Source of the DNA: Octopus sinensis
Lineage: Eukaryota
NCBI RefSeq assembly: GCF_006345805.1
Contig: NW_021829429.1
Coordinates: forward strand, 1-6,141
Direction of reading: 5' to 3'
DNA length: 6,141 nt
Part shown: positions 1 through 6,141 of the stretch, piece by piece
Numbering within the stretch: position 1 is the first letter of the stretch
Layout of the letters: each line of letters begins with the position of its first letter
Program-made: the position numbers and the translations under genes
The notes under the pieces: model-generated
The model's input: the letters and a program-made list of their open reading frames with translations, nothing else
What the model was told of the DNA's origin: nothing
Databases searched by the model: none

Positions 1-197
1 ACAGGCCGGAAAAGTAAGGGCTTTGAGATAAAGAAACAAACCAGCTAATACGTCTTAGACAGTCAGTACAGTTTGTAAGTGGAACAGTAAAAATATTGAA
101 GACTTTTCTAAAAACGCTTATCGTTGTTGTTATCGATATCTCAGCGATGAGGCTTTGCATCTTTTTAGAAATTATTCTAAATTAAAAAGAGAAAGAC
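1..197 (+). mobile_element. 3' end of RLE-type (R4/Dong-like) non-LTR retrotransposon, diverged copy 1; runs off the window start
   Basis: 75-109 matches 1261-1295 at 32/35 nt. Frame +3 from 27 reads DKETNQLIRLRQSVQFVSGTVKILKTFL versus EREIHRLIRTLQVQYVSGTVKICKTFL in copy 2, with a stop at 24-26. It shares the 3'UTR hairpin and the AATTAAAAA...AGAC end, and TACA repeats start at 204. Confidence 0.8.
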
Positions 198-213
198 AAC
201 AAATACATACATA

Positions 214-395
214 CGCACATACATTCATCAGTATATACATACATGCATACGTAAATGCACGTATTGACATACATATATACACAAAGATACATATATAAAT
301 ACTCCTATATCCACATGTATACATCCATTCACTTGTGTACATTCATACATACGTATATACATATATACATACTTACAAACGTACTCACATACATA
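214..395 (+). repeat. Degenerate TACA block, copy B1 (paralog of 691-870)
   Basis: Non-periodic anchors CGCACATACATTCATCA, ATGCACGTATTGA, CAAAGATACATA, CATTCATACAT and CATATATACATAC recur in the same order ~480 bp downstream. Confidence 0.8.
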
Positions 396-690
396 CACCA
401 CCCTGTACATAACTCCATGTCCCCCTACATGGCCTTGCTTTTTGCTTTTTGAGCCAAAAATTTAACTTAACTTAACTATACAAACATACATACATGCTTA
501 CATACTTATGTATGTATATACAAACTTACATTTACACATGCTTACATACATATATGCAAGCATACATACAAGCTTGCATACATACATGCTTACATAGTTA
601 CACATACACACACATACACATACATACATACATACATACATACATACATACATACATACATACATACATACATACATACATACATACATA

Positions 691-870
691 CGCACATACA
701 TTCATCAATATATACATACCTACATACATACATGCACGTATTGATATACATATATGCAAAGATACATACACATATATATACCTACCTGCATACATATCTG
801 TATGCAGGCATTTACATGGGTGCATTCATACATGCATATACATATATACATACATAAGTACGTACGTACG
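691..870 (+). repeat. Degenerate TACA block, copy B2
   Basis: Same ordered anchors as 214-395 at an offset of 477-481 bp. Confidence 0.8.
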
Positions 871-934
871 TACATACATACATACATACATACATACATA
901 CATACATACATACATACATACATACATACATACA

Positions 935-963
<29 letters not shown>

Positions 964-965
<2 letters not shown>

Positions 966-1311
966 GAATAACAATCCGGATTTTGTTATTTGGGACAGAG
1001 GGGCAAAGGTATGTACCGTCATAGAGTTCAGCTGCTCTACAGATATAAATATCTCTTTGAAAATCAAAGAAAAACAGGATATCTATGGACATGTGCTTCG
1101 AAACCTCCAGCTTCTACATCCAGAGTATGAATTCATATTCATATCAATAATAATTGGAGCACTAGGTTTTGTCAGTAAAAGCTTAAAGGAGAATCTGGAT
1201 AAACTGGAATTTTCAGAAAGAGAAATCCACCGGCTAATTCGTACATTACAAGTGCAATATGTGAGTGGAACAGTAAAAATATGCAAGACTTTTCTCAAGT
1301 TCCAAATGTGA
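964..1311 (+). pseudogene. RLE endonuclease domain fragment (115 uninterrupted codons) of the retrotransposon ORF; RT domain absent
   Basis: Non-repetitive C-terminal part of ORF 754..1311. The ATG at 964 overlaps the microsatellite junction. The clade assignment comes from motif recognition only. Confidence 0.8.
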
Positions 1312-1420
1312 ATTTGTCTGTGTTAACTACATCTCATCTCAAAGATGGAACCTTGTATCTTTGTTGGAAACCGGCTCCCTCCTCAGTGGAAGATTTATAA
1401 TAATTAAAAAAATAAGAGAC
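965..1420 (+). mobile_element. 5'-truncated RLE-type non-LTR retrotransposon (R4/Dong-like), copy 2: endonuclease domain plus 3'UTR
   Basis: Encodes NPDFVIWD...VIEFSCSTD...KEKQDIY...IIIGALG...VSGTVKICKTFL. This fits the PD-(D/E)xK RLE signature (xRPDIVxxD, I(D/E)VxxPxD, EKxxKY, VIGALG, LGTxxILRxxL) known from R4/Dong-clade C-termini. Stop at 1309-1311, ~110-nt 3'UTR, and (TACA)n on both sides. Confidence 0.85.
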
Positions 1421-1490
1421 ATACATATATGCATGCATACATACATACATACATACATACATACATACATACATACATACTACATACATA
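1421..1490 (+). repeat. (CATA)n tail/target downstream of LINE copy 2
   Basis: Pure (CATA)11 at 1436-1479, preceded by TATG/CATG variant units. Confidence 0.95.
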
Positions 1491-1568
1491 CCGACACTAC
1501 ACTACATATCACCATATATCAAATATGAAACGTAAGTGTATATTTCTTGTTTAAATAATAGAAATTAG

Positions 1569-2290
1569 CACATATACATATCACACATATAAACGCGCAC
1601 ACAACACACACACACACATACACACATACACACACACGCATACACAGCCACGGATGTTGTCACACATACATGCAACTAAACAGTGCCGCACAAGTGCATA
1701 CATATCACGCAGAAATATTAAGGGACGTACACACACACTGACACATACCACACACACGCATACACTGCTATATAGCTAAACAAACATACCCACACACTCA
1801 CACATGCATACACACATAACACACTTACACAAACACACTGACACAGACACACGTATTCGCACATACACACACACATACAGTAACATATAGCCATACAAAC
1901 ACACATGCGCATAAGCTATAGACAATCAAACTACATACTGACATACACATTCACATAGACACACAAACACACATACACACCACACAAACACAGTTACACA
2001 TATCCATATAGCCAAACATACACACTGCGTACAACACGACTGATACAAACACACAACATCACACACGCACACACACACACACAGCACACACACACCACAT
2101 ACTTACATACAAAACACACCACCACACACAAACACACAAAACAACGCCACACACACACACACACACACGCACAACAACACACCAAAACACACACACACAC
2201 ACCGCACAAAAACAACCCACATTACACACACAATACAACACACACACACCACACATACACACACACGTACACAGTCATCAAACCAAACAA

Positions 2291-2323
<33 letters not shown>

Positions 2324-2359
2324 CACACACATACACGCACACACACACACACACACACA
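1569..2359 (+). repeat. Long degenerate (CA)n / (CATA)n tract
   Basis: CA-dominated and strongly G-poor on the + strand. Interrupted around 1645-1725 and purer at 2290-2359. Confidence 0.9.
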
Positions 2360-2563
2360 GAGTGAGAGAAAAACAGCCCATTACAACAGCGTATATCGAA
2401 GTGGTCAAAATGAAAGCCGTACTACAAGTTGTAAATGTCAAAGGTTTCTAACAACACTCACTTGACGGCTTCAAAGACAATTAATTCTTAAGTCTTGGCT
2501 AATGTGTCAGATTTTAGCGATGCCATTTCACTCAGCTGTGTATGAACTGTCTACAAATACTAC

Positions 2564-2596
2564 CTCTCTCTCCCTCTCTCTCTCTCTCTCTGTTTC

Positions 2597-2666
<70 letters not shown>

Positions 2667-2680
2667 TATACATATAAATA
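2564..2680 (+). repeat. Compound microsatellite (CT)n-(TA)n-(CA)n-(TA)n
   Basis: Read directly from the sequence. Confidence 0.95.
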
Positions 2681-2842
2681 GGCGCTGGAGTAGCTATGTT
2701 GTAAGAAGCTTGCTTCCCAACCGCATGCTTCTGTGTTCACTCTCACTGCGTGCCACCTTCAGCAAGTGTCTTTCACTATAGCCCAAAGACGACCCAAGCC
2801 TTTCGAGTGAATTTGGTAGACCGAAACTGAAAGAAGCCCGTC
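2681..2842 (+). mobile_element. tRNA-derived SINE (family 1), decayed, near full length
   Basis: A-box-like TAGCTATGTTGTAAG (2691-2705) and B-box-like GTTCACTCTC (2735-2744). Body CACCTTCAGCAAGTGTC weakly resembles the CORE-type ACCTTGGGCAAGT motif. It ends GGTAGACCGAAACTGAAAGAAGCCCGTC before a microsatellite tail. It matches an abundant octopod SINE as I recall it (unverified). Confidence 0.75.
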
Positions 2843-2879
2843 TATACTACATTATACATATTAAATACATACATACATT

Positions 2880-2913
<34 letters not shown>

Positions 2914-3041
2914 TATATATATATATATAATATACATATATATATATATATATATATACACATACACACACACAACACACATATATATAGATTATAATAT
3001 CAGTATATATATATTATATATATATATATATATATTATCTA

Positions 3042-3072
<31 letters not shown>
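2843..3072 (+). repeat. Compound microsatellite (TACA)/(CA)/(TA)/(TG) following the SINE
   Basis: Read directly. The (CA)n-(TA)n ... (TA)n-(TG)n order is loosely self-complementary. Confidence 0.9.
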
Positions 3073-3203
3073 AAAAGTAAAAGAGATATACACAAACTGG
3101 GACAAGAAGTGAAACACCTAGAAGACGGACAAGAATCACAGGAGGACATTCGAAGCCCTAAATCAAGTCAAGAACCGGATCACTCGCAATTTCGGCTGAT
3201 TAA
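3073..3203. repeat. Probable fragment of an unclassified interspersed repeat
   Basis: Purine-rich island between microsatellites. It shares ordered motifs (CTAGAAGA, TCGAA, AACCGGA) with 3868-3926 and resembles a recalled octopod repeat, but the class is not determined. Confidence 0.35.
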
Positions 3204-3336
3204 CACACGCTCACACTCATACGTACAAAGACACATACATATCTAAATGTATAAATGTATGTATATGCGTATGTATGCATTACATACACACGATTTTGCT
3301 TTTTCCTCGTGTTATATATATATATATATACACACA

Positions 3337-3460
3337 CGAGGGGTGTATGAAAAGTATTGAGCCTAAAAAAAAAAAGAACATGGTACAAGATTTATGATGA
3401 AGGTACAAGTCTTCAAGGCTCAAAGGCCCTGAAGACTCAAAACTTTTCATACACTCCTCG
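3337..3460. mobile_element. Mariner-type MITE, 124 bp, 28-bp TIRs
   Basis: Left TIR CGAGGGGTGTATGAAAAGTATTGAGCCT (3337-3364) versus the reverse complement of 3433-3460, CGAGGAGTGTATGAAAAGTTTTGAGTCT: 25/28 identical. TA follows on the right (3461-3462). The left flank is CA at the end of a (TA)9(CA)3 run. The CGAGGGG...AAAAGT terminus resembles irritans-subfamily (Hsmar2-type) mariner TIRs. Confidence 0.88.
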
Positions 3461-3793
3461 TATATATATAACTTATAAAATAAGGGCAAGAGAAAAGTTC
3501 TAATGCCAAATATGCCGAAAATAGACAAAATTGTCAATAACCATTATAATTTATGCGTCTCGAAACAAGCTGAAAAAAATTTCTAAAAAATTCCGTTATT
3601 ACCGTATTGGTCCCAATTTCAGAGTTAATTCATGAAGAATTTTCCCATCCTCAGCAATAAATACGTAAGACATAAATGAAATACTTACTCATACTCATGG
3701 AAAAAGCAAGCACTAAGTCCTGAGCAGACCTAAGTACCCCAAATATATCCAAAATAGAAAATCTTCAACACATCTCGAGACACGTATGATTCG

Positions 3794-3820
<27 letters not shown>
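3794..3820. repeat. (TA)13 microsatellite
   Basis: Read directly. Confidence 0.95.
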
Positions 3821-3824
<4 letters not shown>

Positions 3825-3933
3825 TATGAAAGGGAATTTTTTTAACCACTATGTGGAAACCCTTATGCTAGAAGATTCCTTGGAAGAAAGCCTCGAATGT
3901 ATACAAAGCAAGGACGGAAAACCGGACGATGTT

Positions 3934-4013
3934 ACACGAATAAAAATACAAAAATACGTAAAAACAATAATGATAACACGAATAAGAATACAAAAATACG
4001 TAAAAACAACAAC

Positions 4014-4049
<36 letters not shown>
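3934..4049 (+). repeat. 42-bp-period tandem duplication followed by (AAC)/(AAT)12
   Basis: 3934-3967 and 3976-4009 are 33/34 identical; (AAT)12 lies at 4014-4049. Confidence 0.92.
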
Positions 4050-4050
<1 letters not shown>

Positions 4051-4090
4051 TATTATGAGGAAACAGCAAAACCAAGGCGTAACGAGTATA

Positions 4091-4498
4091 TAGGGTGTGA
4101 TGGGTAAATTGTCGCCAATTTATATTTCTAATTTTGTGTATGCACACTATTTGTGTTTGATTTTGTCGCCAACACTGTACAGTAGGGTCAATTGGGCACC
4201 GTCTGTGAGAAAAGCAGCACCATGACGCAATTCACTCGGCCAGAAATTTGAAAGCGACATGTACTACTTCGCATTCACCCCGGAAATCCCAACACGAACA
4301 TTTCAGAGTGTTTGAGTGTCAATTTGAGGACTGCATGTACCAAGAGTGATAAAAAATCAAGCATTCAAGTGATTACTAGTGATGGCGATGTTATGCCTCC
4401 ACTCATCTTCCTACACGGCTTCAGACTCAACATGGAGGCCTACATCAAGTGCTGGAGAAGGTAGTGCTGTCCCCTGGGTCAAGAGGGTGGCTGCTGGT
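4091..4498 (+). mobile_element. Tc1/mariner-superfamily (maT/DD37D-like) transposon remnant: left end plus internally deleted transposase; no right TIR in the window
   Basis: TA at 4089-4090 is followed by a TIR-like TAGGGTGTGATGGGTAAATTGTCGCCA (a (C)AGGGTG-type terminus). Transposase fragments follow downstream. The reverse complement of the TIR is not found in the window. Confidence 0.8.
4222..4498 (+). pseudogene. Transposase pseudogene fragments (N-terminal HTH plus part of the DDD catalytic domain)
   Basis: MTQFTRPEI*KRHVLLRIHPGNPNTNISECLSVNLRT (HTH-like), then VITSDGDVMPPLIFLHGFRLNMEAYIKC, then after two frameshifts EKVVL and WVKRVAAG. This matches the G.V.S.G..MPP..F..G...N...Y...L..VV.PW segment preceding QQD in maT-like transposases. 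Stop at 4249-4251. Confidence 0.82.
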
Positions 4499-5235
4499 TG
4501 GAAATCTCCCTCTTTGGGTCATGATTTTGTTAGTACTGAACCTAGTTCATACTAGAGAGTAGACCTTCGAAGTTCCAGAGTTCTCAAGTGAACCATGGAG
4601 GACTGGTTATTCCTTTAATCTATCTCAACCAGTTCAACTGCTTTTCAGTGTGATAAGCATTTAGAGGAAAATGTTCTTGTAAATAACCGGAATATATTCA
4701 GACATATACATGCACCTATGTAGGCACACGTATTATCCATATTTACATTTGCGAATATACAGGTGCATAAGTGTTTTCAGCTTAATGCACCTAATCTTAT
4801 ATTCTGTTTTCTTTGAATGTCATACGAGTACCTATTGCTTACATACTGGCTTTATTTTCGTTATAAAAGTGTGATGTTTGTTTTCTGTACGAATTGCTTT
4901 TGTTTAACCATATATTTTCTTTCATGCTCTTTGTATTTTCTGTACCAGTCGCTAAGACTTAACTAAAAATATTTCGAATCTTTTTAGTTTCGTCACCATT
5001 GTATCAAATCCCCAACAACTGACGGTTGGCATCCCCAGTGCTAGAGATTCTGTCTTCGGCGCTGAAACCGAGAAAATCTCCAGATGAAATGTTGATGAAG
5101 AGCGTCTTTTTTTTTTCTTTTTCCTTGCCGTTTGATTTGTTACGTTTCATCGTTTGCATCTAATTTCTCCCACTTTTTATATCGACACACACGGGCTCAT
5201 TTACATATCCTAATAGTACATTTGATTACTGTGAC

Positions 5236-5340
5236 TTCACTTTTTCTTTCTTTTCTTTCTGTCTGTCTGTCTCTGTCTCTCTCTCTGTCTCTCTCTCTCT
5301 CTCCCTCTCCCTCTTTCTCTCTCTCTCTCTCTCCGCTCTT
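5236..5340 (+). repeat. Pyrimidine-rich tract (TTTC)/(CTGT)/(CT)n
   Basis: Read directly. Confidence 0.92.
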
Positions 5341-5344
5341 CACG

Positions 5345-5503
5345 TTCGTCCGTCTTCACGTTCCGAGTTCTAATTCCGTTGAGGTCGATTTGCTTTTCAT
5401 CTGTTCGGGGTCGATAAAATACATATCAGTTGAGAAATGGAGTCGATATAATAGACCAGCACCCACTCCTGAAACTGCTGGACTTTTGTCAAAATTTGAA
5501 ACC
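5345..5503 (+). mobile_element. SINE family 2, copy 1 (5'-truncated, tail type B)
   Basis: Aligns to 5573 onward in copy 2 (TTCGTCCG..CGTTCNGAGTTC.AATTCCG..GAGGTCGA..GGGGTCGATAAA) and ends TCAAAATTTGAAACC like copy 3. Confidence 0.82.
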
Positions 5504-5521
5504 AGTATTCTACTAGGTCAA

Positions 5522-5740
5522 GGCAGCGAGCTGGCAGAATCGTTAGCACGCCGGGCAAAATGCTTAGCGGCATTTCGTCCGCCGTTGCGTTCTGAGTTCA
5601 AATTCCGCTGAGGTCGACTTTGCCTTTCATTCTTTCGGGGTCGATAAATTAAGTACCAGTCACACACTGGGGACTTAATCTGTTTGTCTGTCCGTGTTTG
5701 TCCTCTCTGTGTTTAGCCCCTTGTGGGTAGTAAAGAAATA
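5522..5740 (+). mobile_element. SINE family 2, copy 2 (full length, tRNA-like head, tail type A)
   Basis: A-box TGGCAGAATCG (5532-5542), B-box GAGTTCAAATTCC (5594-5606), core shared with the flanking copies, and tail ending GCCCCTTGTGGGTAGTAAAGAAATA. Matches a recalled abundant octopod SINE. Confidence 0.88.
5532..5606 (+). promoter_or_regulatory. Internal RNA Pol III promoter (A and B boxes) of SINE copy 2
   Basis: TGGCAGAATCG is close to TRGCNNARYGG and GTTCAAATTCC is close to GTTCRANNC, with ~50 nt spacing. Confidence 0.6.
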
Positions 5741-5889
5741 GGTATTTCGTCCATCTTTACGTTCTGAGGTTGATTTGCTTTTCATCTTTTTGGGGTCGAT
5801 AAAATAAGTACCGATTGAGCACTGGCGTCGATGTAATCGATTTACCCATTCCGTTGAAACTACTGGCCTTGTGCCAAAATTTGAAACCA
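5741..5889 (+). mobile_element. SINE family 2, copy 3 (no A-box, B-box deleted, tail type B)
   Basis: Starts GGTATTTCGTCC, homologous to 5569-5580, shares GGGGTCGATAAAATAAGTACC, ends GGCCTTGTGCCAAAATTTGAAACC and is followed by ATT-rich sequence. Confidence 0.82.
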
Positions 5890-6141
5890 ATATTTTATTT
5901 TATCATTTTATTTCAGTGCAGAGTACCCCAGTTAAAAGCAGCATGTTCTTTCTAACAGGTGGTACCTTACTGCACTAAAATACACAGGACCGTATTATAT
6001 TAAACTTTCTCAAACATGAAAAATACTCAACACTACAGATTGAATATCGAGTGCTGTATTGCTCATCTGATACATTATATACTCATCTCTCCACCACCAC
6101 AGATACAAAAAACTCACACACATGCATATATTCATATATAT

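Larger units (their letters stand above)
204..963 (+). repeat. (TACA)n microsatellite complex, degenerate plus pure arrays
   Basis: Pure (CATA)18 at 619-690, (TACG)3 at 859-870 and (TACA)23 at 871-962, with degenerate TACA variants between them and a non-repeat island at ~400-480. Confidence 0.95.

Noticed and set aside
228-1092. Multiple ORFs of poly(YIHT) or poly(MYVC)
   Set aside because: These are stop-free translations of (TACA)n/(TGTA)n with no non-repeat coding signal, apart from the RLE part of 754..1311.
600-1490. CRISPR-like or telomeric interpretation of the regular repeats
   Set aside because: The units are 2-4 bp microsatellites with no repeat-spacer structure, and no TTAGGG-type array is present.
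1718-2441. Cys/Val-rich minus-strand ORFs
   Set aside because: Translations of (TG)n, not metallothionein or keratin-like genes.
2456-2560. Minus-strand GTGAGT donor at 2456-2461 with upstream AG candidates
   Set aside because: All three frames of the implied exon contain stops. A non-coding exon cannot be supported from sequence alone.
2681-2760. Possible tRNA genes at the SINE heads (also 5522-5610)
   Set aside because: No complete cloverleaf, and the heads continue into SINE body and tail sequence.
3868-3892. Hammerhead-like CTAGAAGA-TTCCTTGGAA-GAAA
   Set aside because: The core has an extra A relative to CUGANGA, and no nearby stem I or stem III partner with a UH site was found.
3826-4147. 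ORFs 3826..4107 (+) and 3932..4147 (-)
   Set aside because: Kept open by the tandem duplication and (AAT)n, giving poly-Ile or poly-Leu, with no recognisable domain.
5839-5850. ATTTACCCAT as a possible right TIR of the maT remnant
   Set aside because: It is only a 10-nt match, lies inside SINE copy 3 and lacks the rest of the TIR and the TA.
5132-5890. ORFs 5132..5611 (+) and 5675..5890 (-)
   Set aside because: They run through (CT)n and SINE sequence, which is typical of spurious predicted proteins.
5945-6020. Plus-strand acceptor TTCTTTCTAACAG followed by WYLTALKYTGPYYIKLSQT*
   Set aside because: There is no convincing donor or recognisable homology, so it is indistinguishable from chance.

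Overview
Repeat-saturated, AT-rich eukaryotic DNA (intronic or intergenic) with no supportable intact cellular gene. The SINE families look like those I recall from octopod (Octopus) genomes; this is recall, not a database result. In order along the window: (1) two co-oriented, diverged 3' ends of a restriction-like-endonuclease (RLE) non-LTR retrotransposon, R4/Dong-like (1-197 and ~965-1420), each followed by (TACA)n, with the second also preceded by it; (2) ~0.8 kb of degenerate (CA)n; (3) a tRNA-derived SINE (2681-2842) between compound microsatellites; (4) a 124-bp mariner-type MITE with 28-bp TIRs inside a (TA)n tract; (5) an internally deleted Tc1/mariner (maT-like) remnant (4091-4498); (6) three head-to-tail copies of a second SINE family that share a core but have two different tails (5345-5889). 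Nearly all listed ORFs are translations of simple repeats. The most interesting signal is an apparent (TACA)n-targeting RLE retrotransposon with a conserved 3' stem-loop.
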